Below are positions 53,601-64,000 of a stretch of DNA of 64,000 nt, piece by piece. The notes under the pieces were generated by a model that worked only from the letters and a program-made list of their open reading frames with translations, had not been told where the DNA came from and ran no database searches. The translations under genes were made by a program, and so were the position numbers. Positions within the stretch are counted from its first letter, which is position 1. Each line of letters opens with the position of its first letter. Source of the stretch: Octopus sinensis (Eukaryota); assembly GCF_006345805.1 (NCBI RefSeq), contig NC_043020.1:30132001-30196000 (forward strand). Direction: 5' to 3'.

Positions 53601-55281
53601 AACTGAAGCAAACAAAGACAACGGTATTTTTATATTAGGTTGTCGCTCTAGAATCCCAAATATTTACCGTATTTGATAGCATACAAGAATCACCTCAGGT
53701 CCTAACTGCGAAACTGAGCCTCCCATACGCTAATATCCATCCATCTATCTTTTCCACTGTGCGGCATTGTGCGCACTGTAGCCCTCAGTCGACCGAAGCT
53801 TTGCTTGGCAATTTGATGGACAGGAATTGTGTGTGTGTGTTTGCTCCTCCGCCATCGCAACCGGAATTGGTTTGTTTACGTACCCGTAAATGAACGGTTC
53901 AACAAAAGAAACCGATGGAATTAAGTACCAAACTTAAAAATCAATACTGCGGTCGATTTGTTCAACTAAACCTTCCAAGGTGATGCCCGAGCATGGCCGC
54001 AGTCCAATGACTGAAACCACTCAAGGTTAGTAAAGTCTCATATTTCAAAGGAGGGAATTAGTCGATTAAAGTGACTCTGGTATTTGACTAGGTACTTTAT
54101 TTTATCGACCTCAAATGGACAAAAGGCAAAACTTAATTTCGGCTGGATTTGAACCCAAACCGTAAAGAGCGGAAGAAATACCGCTTTGTATTTTGTCCCA
54201 CTCACGAACAATTCTGCCTCTCCATTTTCTTATTGCTCTCTCTCTCTCCCTCTCTTTATTGAACTGCTGAGAAAGGACCAAACCCCACTGCCTTTTAGCT
54301 TCATCATTCATAAATGTGCCGACAGAATTTCATGTACATCAGATATCCTTTATTCTTCTCTTCGCGCGGTTCTCACGTGGATGACAATATACTTGAAATG
54401 TAAATAAAAGCCATCATTTCACTTAGGAGCGTCCGTCCAGGATAAGACGTTGGACCAAGATGTCGGCAAACGGAATTAAGACCGAATCAGCGATCTGACC
54501 AGAGACTATTTTGACACAGTCAGCTCATATTATTTCTAGAATTTGATTGATTTTGTCTTACTGTGTTCTTCCAATGAACTTTCAATGAAATATTCTCTGT
54601 ATTTAGGCCGCTTCAAACTATATTTTTAATATTTCTACATTTGACTGGGATGACACAAAATAAATAAATAAATAAATGGCGTTTCGATTTATTTTTAAAA
54701 TCTCGAACATTTCTGTTCTTTATTTACCAAACTTTGACATAAAACCATCGCAATAAAATAAATATTCTATGCTGCTATTTCAAAAATTAGTATTTTTCTC
54801 ACCAGAGTCATCGTTATATACAAGTATTCATCACTCTAATAATCCTTCGATCTGCTAGAAGGAGCAGTCATATCTCCGTAAAAATCAAACCCGCCAATGT
54901 CTTTAAGAAGGAAAGACACAATATAGTTTTCTAGATGTACTATGCCTGAAATAAAAGACGATGTGATGGTCATAGCTGGAATTTTTTAATCATAGATATA
55001 TTCAGAAAACTGCCTCCACCGCAATTAAGTGTAAAATTGAATCAAAATCCCTGGATTAAGTTTTTTCTGTTTTGAAAAAAATATTTACAGATTATTGCTT
55101 TTTTCTACCCTATTTCTTCCAAAAAAAAAAAAAAAAAAAAAAAAGAAACAAACTCTTATGGAACAATAGAAGTAATCTGTATTTAATAACGGTTTCAAAT
55201 TTTGGCACAAGGTCAACAATTCGGGGTGGATGAGGGTCAGTATATTATTGACATTTGACGGATAGAATCTTGTTTGTTGTT

Positions 55282-55327
55282 AACACAACGTTTCGGCTGA
55301 TATACCCTCCATCCTTCATCAGGTGTC
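55282..55327 (-). ncRNA. Minimal hammerhead-like motif (intact core, extra A) in a PLE pLTR remnant
   Basis: gacac-CTGATGA-A-ggatg..cagcc-GAAA-CG-TT-gtgtt; a truncated opposite-strand copy cCTGATGAaggctg sits at 55551. Confidence 0.65.
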
Positions 55328-56201
55328 TTGGGGAAATTTCGAACCTGGGTTCTCATTCCTAAGATATTTTTCGATATTAAATCATTATTATTAATACCAG
55401 TATTAAAGAAGAATAGGAAAATATTAGATTTATAAGCCCTAAAATTCACTCCATAATTGCTCACGGTCATATGGCATAGTGGTTAAGAGCGTGGGTTACT
55501 AACCCCAAGATTTCGAGTTCGATTCAAGGCAATGACCTGAATAATAATAACCTGATGAAGGCTGAAAGTATATTGATTTGCTCGAAAGAAGTAAAAGAAG
55601 TTATGATATTAACGATCAGTGATAGTTTAAGATGGAAAGACAGGAGCAAAAATGATGTTTTTTGTCGGAAAGGGGAAAAGAATGAGTGAAGAAGAAAATG
55701 AGGAAGGAGCAGAAAGTCTGAAGAAAGACACGTGTGTCGTTATATGGCCAATTTGGAAAGAAATAGAAATTGGGATTTTTGAAGGCAGGAGGGAGAGAGA
55801 GCACAATTGGCCATTGTATGTAGAGTGTATATATGTTGCTTTTGTGAGTAGTGTGTTTGTATATTAGGGAGTATACATATATATGGTATACGTATAGCCC
55901 AGGTTTCTACCACTTTTGCTGATATATTAGAAAAACCCCTACATTTTATCTTTCCTTCTTAATCTGTTATTTATGGAGCTTTCATGAAGTGGCTGGAGTG
56001 TCACAATAAATGCATTGAAGTCAAAGGATCCTATTTCGAAGGAGATTAGAATTTTATACTTTGAAATTACTAAGTGTCTCTCTTGAAAAAGTCTGAAAAC
56101 TTCTGGAATGCACCTTGTAGCTATTTTTTTTTTTTTTAACTATATCTTTACAAAGAATTATTGACAAAAATAAAAATTCACTGATTAATTAATTTCAAAT
56201 A

Positions 56202-56207
56202 TTTATT
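56202..56207 (-). terminator. METTL25: Candidate polyadenylation signal (AATAAA) for METTL25
   Basis: tttatt on the plus strand at the end of the candidate terminal exon. Confidence 0.4.
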
Positions 56208-56607
56208 GGTTTTATATTCTCACATTCTGTAACAAAATAAGCAACAAAACACAAGTTTATCTCCATCTAAACTTGCAATGATCACAGCATCTGGTTTTTC
56301 CACACAGTTTTACATATGCTGTGTCTATTATATCATCTGTTCCTATACACAACTTCTTGCAAACATTTAGTGTTTGTTTCTCATCTCCTTTTGCTTGTTA
56401 TGTCTGGCATCTATTATTAAGTAAAGCCTTGGATCTGCTCTTGCACCAGTTATCACAGGCAGCAATGAAATTGTTGCATCTGTCGTTATGTCAGTTGTTT
56501 TAACCTTTTAACCTTCACATCTACAATGACATTGCTATTGCATCTTTTGTTGTATATGCTACATCTGTTGTTATATCTGTTACTACATTTGTTGTGGTAG
56601 CTATCAT

Positions 56608-56859
56608 TAAATCTTTTGATACATCTGCTGTTCTGTTGTTGCTATACATGTTATTACGTGGAGCACGTAATAAATCTTTTGATACATCTGCTGTTCTGTT
56701 GTTGCTATACATGTTATTACGTGGAGCACGTAATAAATCTTTTGATACATCTGCTGTTCTGTTGTTGCTATACATGTTATTACGTGGAGCACGTAATAAA
56801 TCTTTTGATACATCTGCTGTTCTGTTGTTGCTATACATGTTATTACGTGGAGCACGTAA
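56608..56859. repeat. Perfect 63-bp tandem repeat x4 spanning a SINE 5' junction
   Basis: Unit taaatcttttgatacatctgctgttctgttgttgctatacatgttattacgtggagcacgtaa. Confidence 0.95.
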
Positions 56860-57076
56860 GATTGTGGTTTCAATTCCTGGACCAGGCGACGCGTTGTGTT
56901 CTGGAGCAAAACACTTCATTTCACGTTGCTGCAGTCCACTCAGCTGGCAAAAATGAGTAACGCTGCGATGGACTGGCGTCCCGTCCAGCTGGGGAACACA
57001 TATGCCATAGAAACTGGGAAACTGGGCCCATGAGCCTGGCTAGGCTTTAAAAGGGCACATTTATTTATTATTATAT
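56847..57076 (+). mobile_element. tRNA-derived SINE with a deleted head and a 13-bp TSD
   Basis: ggagcacgt|aagattgtggtttcaattcctggacc..; TSD tacatgttattac at 56834-56846 and 57077-57089. Confidence 0.8.
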
Positions 57077-57496
57077 TACATGTTATTACATCTGTTGTTT
57101 AACCTTTAGTTACATTTGCCATTACCTTATTGTTACTTCTGTTGCCGTATATCTTACATCTGTTATTAAATCTGTAGTTACATTTGCTGTTAAACTTATT
57201 GTTGTATCTGTTGTTAATCTTTAGTTCCATCTTCTATTATATTACTGTTACATCCATCTGTTAGTAAATCTGTTGACACATCTGTTCTTGTACCTGTTAT
57301 AACATCTGTTGTTATATCTTTTGTTACATCTGTTAGACCTGTTGTTGTAATTGTTGCTAGAGCTGTTGCTGCATCTGTTATTATAGTTGTTGTGACATCC
57401 ATTGTTAATTTTGTTGTCACATTTATTCTTGCATCTGTTATCACATTTATTGTGATATCTGTTGTCAAACCTGTTACATCTGTGTGACATTTGTTG

Positions 57497-57616
57497 TTAT
57501 ATCTTAGTTAAATCTGTTGTTGTATCTGTTGCTAAACCTGTTGTGACATCTGTTGTTGTATCTGTTGTGACATCTGTTTCTTTGGCAACAGCTGAGCAAG
57601 TATCTTCAACTGCAAT
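57497..57616 (-). CDS. METTL25: Candidate extra terminal coding exon of METTL25 (IAVEDTCSAVAKETDVTTDTTTDVTTGLATDTTTDLTKI*)
   Basis: Acceptor cttttacag| at 57617; phase 0 matches the GTATGA donor after the previous exon. Confidence 0.5.
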   Translation of the reverse strand: MAVEDTCSAVAKETDVTTDTTTDVTTGLATDTTTDLTKI

Positions 57617-57873
57617 CTGTAAAAGATAATTGATACTGCAATAAATTATACATTATTAGGAAATGTATGAACATCACACAATCTCATTTCCTTAGTCTTA
57701 AATATTCAACCTTTCCAGGAATAATTGTTTGTTATTAATAGTTAAATCACACAGTTTGCAGTAGAAATTTATAGTGGTTCATACGGACTGGTGAAAGGCA
57801 AAAGGGAAGCGAGAGGGAACCCTAGGACAGGAGGATTAGGTGGATAAAGGATAGAATACAACAGCAATCATAC

Positions 57874-57957
57874 CTTTTTCACAGCAACAATTCCATAACA
57901 GCGAGGAGATGTGACAGGGTCAAACAATTGTAAGAGAGAGACATCTTTGATGGATTC
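57874..57957 (-). CDS. METTL25: METTL25 exon (ESIKDVSLLQLFDPVTSPRCYGIVAVKK); unspliced it ends V* at 57868
   Basis: Conserved LFDPxxSPRCY C-terminal motif; acceptor ctcattag|, donor |gtatga. Confidence 0.9.
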
Positions 57958-58304
57958 CTAATGAGAGAAAATGAAGGAAGACTTGGGTTTAAACAATAAT
58001 AAAACCACATACTACAATACAGCATCATCATCAACATCATTAATGTCATCATCAACATCATTAATGTCATTATCAACATCATTTTATTGTCCACTTTCCC
58101 ATCTTTTTGCTTGGGTCAAATAGAATTTGCCAAAACAGATTTTCTACGGCTGGGTGCTCTTCCTGTCACCAATCCTCACCTGTTTCTAAGTAAGCTAACA
58201 TTTTCCCCATGACTAGACATGTTTTCATGGGAAACAAGAAACGAAGGATACCACTTGCTGGATAGTGACATTTATTTACAACCATCACACAACACAACAC
58301 ACAT

Positions 58305-58590
58305 TATATATATTCCCTCTCTGTTTGGAGGCACAAGCACTTACACACACGGCAGTAACCTCCACCTACTAAACTCAATTGCAAAGCTTCAGTTGGCCAG
58401 AGACTATAGCGGAAGACACTTGCCCAAGGTGCCATGCAGTGACACTGGCACTTTGGGCAAGTGTCTTCTGCTATAGCTTTGGGCTGACCAAAGCTGTGTA
58501 ATTGAATTTAGTAGGTGGAACTTACTGCCATGTGTGTACATATGTGTGTAAGTGCTTGTGTTTCCTAACAGAGAGGGAATGTATATAATA
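58305..58590. repeat. Foldback of two inverted SINE 3' halves within a METTL25 intron
   Basis: Arms of ~140 bp, e.g. gaagacacttgcccaaggtgcca / tggcactttgggcaagtgtcttc; centre ~58443. Confidence 0.75.
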
Positions 58591-58611
58591 TATATATATA
58601 AAAGTTCTAGC

Positions 58612-59600
58612 AACACTACTCCTCAACAGACTTGTTCTGTTCCTTACCGAAAATCATCTTCCAGAAAGCTAATGTGGTTTCAGAGCCAACAGGAGCACAA
58701 CAGATAGGGTTTACGTTCTCAGGTAGCCCCAGGAAAAGTGCCAGGAGCAAAACAAACCACTTTATGTAACATTTGTCGATCTGACGAAAGCGTTCGACAC
58801 TGAGCAGATCAGAGCCATTCCCCATCAACAACAGTGTGAAGCAGGGCTGTGCCCTAGCACCAACTCTCTTCAGCACGATGCTCAAGCAGACCACTGTAGA
58901 CCTCGATGCTGAAGACGGCGTCTACATCAGGTACGGTCTGGACGGCAGTCTTTTCAACCTCCAGCACCTACAGGTCCACACCAAGATACAAGAGCAAGTG
59001 ATCTAGAACCACCTCTTTGCAGATGCTGCTGCTGCACTTGTTGCACACACAGAAAGAGTCCTGCAGCACATCACATCCTGCTTTGCAGAGGCCACCCCAG
59101 CTCTTTGGGCTGGAAGTAAGCTTGTAAAAGACTGAATTCCTACACCAACCAGCTCCTCAGGAAGAGTACAAGATGCCCCACATCACCATTGCTGAAACAG
59201 AACAGAAATTGGTACAGCAGGTCATTTGTCTTGGATATATCAGTTCATCAGATGAAAGTATCAACAAAGAAATTGACAAGACTTGCAAAGGCAAACAAAA
59301 CATTTGGCAAACTGCACAAACGTGTGTGGAATAATAAACATCTTAAGATCAGCAGAAAAGTCAGAGTCTACAGGGCCATCATCCTCACGACGCTCCTATA
59401 TGGCTCTGAGTCCAGGGTCCCCTACCACTGTCATCTCAGGCTCCTTGAACGTTTTCACCAACACTGCCTTTGTACCATCCTCAACATCTACTGGAGTGAC
59501 TACATCACCAACACTGAAGCCCTCAAGTGAGCAAAGGTCACCAGTTTGGAAGCCATTTTATTTGCGACATGATTACGTTGGGCAGGACACCTGTTCTAGG
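58612..59600 (+). mobile_element. RTE/BovB-like LINE RT fragment, antisense in a METTL25 intron
   Basis: GFRANRST, FVDLTKAFDT, VKQGCALAPTLF, LFAD, VYRAIILTTLLYGSE, LRWAGH. Confidence 0.9.
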
Positions 59601-59609
59601 CACACTCAC

Positions 59610-59756
59610 CTGTTCCAGTAGGTAATAAATCCGGTCCAATGCAATGAGTGCTTCGATACATGGGGCCAACGCAGACTTTACTTGGAAAAAAGCAGCAAGT
59701 TTCTTTTTGTCCTCTTCATATTTTACCAAATAATCCTGAACCATTTCTTCAGAGAT
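59610..59756 (-). CDS. METTL25: METTL25 exon (ISEEMVQDY..LAPCIEALIALDRIYYLLEQ)
   Basis: Matches the METTL25 motif LAPCIETLILLDRLCYLKEQ; ttttcag| and |gtgagt; 49 codons. Confidence 0.92.
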
Positions 59757-59951
59757 CTGAAAATTAAGAAATAAGGGAAGACATAAGCATACTCACAAAG
59801 ACAGACAGACAGACAGACAAAAACACACAAACATGCACACTACAGCTAACCATACCACTGCAGTCTTCTCTCTTACACAAAACAGCTGATTTCTCTAATC
59901 AAATAATTCTATGAAGAAATTAATGAAGTATACTCAAAAAGTAGAAATAAC

Positions 59952-60134
59952 CTTTTCAGAAGAACGGTCCAACTTCTGGAAAGCCATTTCCACATAATCA
60001 TAAAACGAAGAACATTTGCTGGCTAATTTTCTTAATTTGATGGAATTCTTCAAAGAATTTTGTTCCTGCTTGGATAAAGTATCAATGAAGATCTTCTGAA
60101 GGAGTGCTCGTTGGAATAGAGATTCTCCTGTTAA
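59952..60134 (-). CDS. METTL25: METTL25 exon (LTGESLFQRALLQ..KCSSFYDYV..SSEK)
   Basis: Matches ESLFYRAVLQ and SKCSSFLDYV; AG/GT boundaries; 61 codons. Confidence 0.92.
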
Positions 60135-60739
60135 CTGGATAAGAAAAAAAACAAAAATCGAGGAAAAATAATTGAAGAATATGACAAACTTAGGGTAATC
60201 ATGAATTATTAACAAACATGTTATTGCATTGATTGGGCAAAAACTCTCCGTAGACATCCTGATGGAGTCATCTGTTGGAAAAGCAAACTACTTTTACTAT
60301 TTTTAGATATGCTATCTTAACATTTGTTGGCCATTTCTAGCACCGGCAACAAGTTGGTAACCTCAACTAACTTAACAATCAAGTAATAACCACAGAATCA
60401 TAGAATCACAATAAAGCTCTTTAATACCAATATATATTATGTATATATATGTACATCCTGTGTGTGTATGTGTGCAGATATATATATATATATATATATA
60501 CATACACACAGTTATTGTTAACACTAATCTGGTAAAATTAAGAGAGTTACACATCTTTCAAAATTTGACAATAAAATTTAATTAAGTAACTTACATTATA
60601 TAACTAATAATCAATAATTGTGTTAATTAAAAGCACATTAATGTAAGAAAATATTATATAAACAATGTGTCCTATTTTGCTATATATATATATATGTATG
60701 TATATGTATATATACATATATGATGATGATATATATATG

Positions 60740-60843
<104 letters not shown>

Positions 60844-60894
60844 TGAGAGGAAAAGTATGTCTATGAGTGTGTGCATGCACACACACACATGTAC

Positions 60895-61019
60895 CTTGCT
60901 AGAAGATATGATCCTGTTCACAGACTGGCAGGCCAGATTTTTTGTATTTTGACCCAAATGAAACTTCATCTTCCTCAGAATGGAACTGACAGGGAAACCA
61001 TATTCACTTTGAGCAGCAC
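60895..61019 (-). CDS. METTL25: METTL25 exon (GAAQSEYGFPVSSILRKMKFHLGQNTKNLACQSVNRIISSSK)
   Basis: Conserved GFP..LAC motif; phase 1 in, phase 0 out, consistent with neighbouring exons. Confidence 0.88.
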
Positions 61020-61427
61020 CTTAGAAATATATGATAAAAATGGTTTAGGGATTTTTGTTTTGAAAGATTCTGATGTGAAATCCTGTGTTGAAACAGATTT
61101 TGTTATGTGTCAGGATGGTCGTTCTTTGTTTGTATTTGTTTTTGCCAAACACATGCATTTGTATGTATTTGTTCTCCTCTTTAGAAGGAACTAAACTGAA
61201 TAGGAGGAGACACACGGGATGGAGAACCACTGAAGAGGTCACTTCCAGATAATGGACATCAAATAAGAACAATAATAAGTCCGAAGTGAAAAGCGAATAT
61301 ATACAGTGTGTGTGTTTATTTGGCAAGAATATAAAATGTGACCATCTCGAGGACAATAATGAAAATAGTCCTAAATGAATAATATCAAACAAATACACAC
61401 ACACATAATATATATATATACATATAT

Positions 61428-61549
61428 CCACCGCATACAGCAGTATTAAGTTATCGGATGTGCCAATTTCCATATCAAATGCATTCCAGGAATGTATTTA
61501 ATATGGAAAAATGGCATATCCAATAACTTAATACTGCTGTATGTGGTGG
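61428..61549. repeat. ~60-bp-arm imperfect palindrome in a METTL25 intron
   Basis: ccaccgcatacagcagtattaagttatcgg..cattcc-a-ggaatg..ccaataacttaatactgctgtatgtggtgg. Confidence 0.85.
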
Positions 61550-62204
61550 CTATATAAACAATGTGTATGTCTCAATATGAAATTTTGCAGCAAAAATCAG
61601 TTACATGTTTTTTAATAATCCATGATTACCCTAAGTTTGTCATATTCTAGAATTTCTGTAGAAAATAATGTAAAATTGCACTGCTAACACTGGAGGACAT
61701 GGTTTTGACTTATAAAACAATTTACTATATTTTATAGCATAATATGGTTGCATAACGAAATACCACGTGCCTACAAGTCATTAACATCAAGATCAGCTTT
61801 GCCTTTCGTCCTTTTGGGGGTGGGGGTCAATAAAATAGGTACCAGTTGAACACTGGGGTTGATGTAATTCACTTAACCCCTTCCCCAATATTTTGGGCCT
61901 TGTGTCAATAGTAGAAAGGATTATTATTATTATAATTAGGGCGGCTACCGGGCAGAATCATTAGCACACCAGACAAAATGCTTAGCGACATTTTGTCCAT
62001 CTTTACGCTCTGCCAAGATTCTGCCAAGGTCAACTTAGCCTTTCATCCTTGTTGTTGTTGTTACCATTATCATTGAACTTGAGTAAGTAATCGAGTAGCA
62101 TCCTGCCCACTTGTGCTTCTTGTAGAAAGAATTATTATTGTTATTATTATCATTATTATTATTAAAGTAAAAACAAACATAATAAATAAAATCGCAGGAC
62201 TGAC

Positions 62205-62763
62205 CGTTGGGATCGAATTCCTCTGTTAAAAGATGATAACAGCATGAGACATTACAGAGGAGATGAGCCGCAGGATTCTGAGAGAAAAACCGAAGCGCCG
62301 TTGGGCAGAGATTGCCACAAGTATGAAGGCCTGCGACAAGCAGGTTGCTGCTGTCGCCCTGGGAACCGGCGTCAGCTTCACATTTATCATGTTCTGCAAT
62401 CAGCTGTAAGATATTGGTGTCAGAGTTTACATACGTGGTAAATGGACAGTAAAACCCCCTTGGTTCCTTCTCAGTGGTCGTTGCAACATATTTCTGAAGA
62501 TTACCACCACAGTCACCATTATTCTGATTCTGATTCTGTATTTTCAGAGATTCTTCTTCGTTTGGAACTGGTTGATTCTGATAAGAATTTTGGCTAAGGG
62601 TAAATTTTTTAATAAGTCCTGACCACTGTTTTTTCAAAATCTTTGCTCTCTTATTCGCTCCTGATGTATTCTGGTCAGCAGAATCAATACCAAAGACTTT
62701 TAAATCGTAACTGAAAGCAAGTTGGGTTCCAAGATAGCCTTTGCCACTGCCCAAGTCAACAAT
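62205..62763 (-). CDS. METTL25: METTL25 exon with the SAM-binding motif
   Basis: IVDLGSGKGYL, VFGIDS, GLHTCGNL, NVSCCYHLL.EEF; ccacag| and |gtcagt. Confidence 0.95.
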
Positions 62764-62866
62764 CTGTGGTACGAGTAAAAGAAAAAAATTACATTATCAA
62801 GAGGGGAGAAAATTCTAAAAAAAATATGATAAACTTAATTTTTGTATTTGTTTTAGTTCAACTTAC

Positions 62867-63141
62867 TTTACATATTCCAAAGCGCTGGCACAGTGAGTGG
62901 CACAACTGTGCCATAACAGCCACTTCATGGGACTTCTGTTTCGACATGAAATCCTTAACAAATGGTGTTTTGTCTTCAGTCAGTCGATATTTCATCTTGA
63001 GATCTTCAATGGCAGTTAATACAGCGAGCTGAGGAAGAGTATTTTCATGGGCAGATTTGATAAATTCTTCAAGATTATTGTGGCTCCATTTCAAAGTTTT
63101 GCATTCCAGGTCGGCAAGTCTTGAATTTTTTCCTTTGATGC
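62867..63141 (-). CDS. METTL25: METTL25 exon (..NLEEFIKSA..DFMSKQKSHEVAVMAQL..FGICK); upstream exon(s) not found in the window
   Basis: Matches FMNMKKSHEVQAMSEL; ttcttcag| and |gtaagt. Confidence 0.92.
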
Positions 63142-64000
63142 CTGAAGAAATAAACAGAACAAAGGAAAGCATTTACGTAACAAGTGAATGGAATTAGTGA
63201 AAAATAATGGGAGGGGACTCATAAGACTCAAGGCAGACTCATAAAACTCTGAGTTGGTAGAGTCATCAGATTGAGTCATCTTTGTGAGGAGAGGAGTCTA
63301 GTCAATGTTATTGATCGCAGTACTTTATTTTATAGACCCTGAAGGGAAATAAGACAAAGTTGACCGTGACAGGATCTGAGCTCAGAAAGGATAGAGATGG
63401 AAGAGATGCCATTAAGCATTCTGTCCAATATGCTAATGATTCTGCTAAATAATAATTCTTTCTACTCGAAGCGCAAGGCCTGAAATATTTTGGGGGAGGG
63501 GAGCTAGTTGATTACATCAACCCCTGTACTCAAATGGTACTTCTTTCATCAGTGCCAAAAAGATAAAAGGCAAAGTTGACCTTGGCGGAATTTGAACCCA
63601 GAACATAGCGATGGGAAAAATACTGCTAAGCATTTCGTCTTGCATGCTAATGATTCTGCCAGTTCAAAACCAAGATCATAGATATTGCCATACCTGGGGA
63701 TGAATGTGTAGATGACAAAGTGCTGGAAAAGATGGAGAAATACAGACTGCTAAAAGATGAAATTGCAAGAATGTGGGTAATGAGGAGAGTAACTGTTATT
63801 CTGGTAGTTGTAGGAGAGCACTAAGAATAACAGGGTTGAGAAAGATGTCAGAGAAATTGGGAATTGACATGGGAGCAGAGCAGGCCCCTAAAAACTGCTC
63901 TCGTGGGTACAGCTAGGATTTTGAGATTGGTGCTTAGGTTCTCTGTGTCTTCCATGACAGGTTAACATTCAGGTACCAAAGCTTATAATTTGCAGAAAGA

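Noticed and set aside
55465-55550. tRNA-like sequences here and at 21520-21592, 21990-22051 and 42900-43270
   Set aside because: They are SINE heads: A/B boxes are present but the acceptor stem is broken and they continue into SINE bodies.
56521-56960. 63-bp repeat as a CRISPR array or as repeat-protein ORFs
   Set aside because: Units are contiguous and identical with no spacers, the DNA is eukaryotic, and all frames are open simply because 63 is a multiple of 3.
63177-63279. MTQSDDSTN.. ORF as an upstream METTL25 exon
   Set aside because: It is frame-compatible only through a 35-nt intron and shows no resemblance to the METTL25 N-terminus.

Overview
AT-rich, microsatellite- and SINE-dense animal DNA. 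The repeat families and the TGEKP-type zinc-finger gene suggest a cephalopod (Octopus-like) genome; this is inferred, not database-confirmed. Three host genes are supported: (1) an intronless 6-finger C2H2 zinc-finger gene (+, 39042-40169); (2) an intronless 552-aa ORF (+, 49004-50662) resembling the N-terminal, PABP-binding part of eIF4G but lacking the rest of eIF4G; (3) the 3' part of METTL25 (-, six well-supported exons at 63141-57874), with a candidate extra Thr-rich terminal exon. The rest is mostly mobile DNA: two Penelope-like elements (RT + GIY-YIG), mariner, CRE-, RTE- and Tx1/L1-type LINE fragments, hAT/piggyBac MITEs and many tRNA-derived SINEs. The most striking unexplained structure is a set of minimal type I hammerhead-ribozyme (HHR) motifs. 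Several sit as head-to-head palindromes in which only one arm keeps the catalytic core, and two lie just downstream of host genes on the sense strand. Coordinates were counted by hand, and repeat boundaries are approximate.
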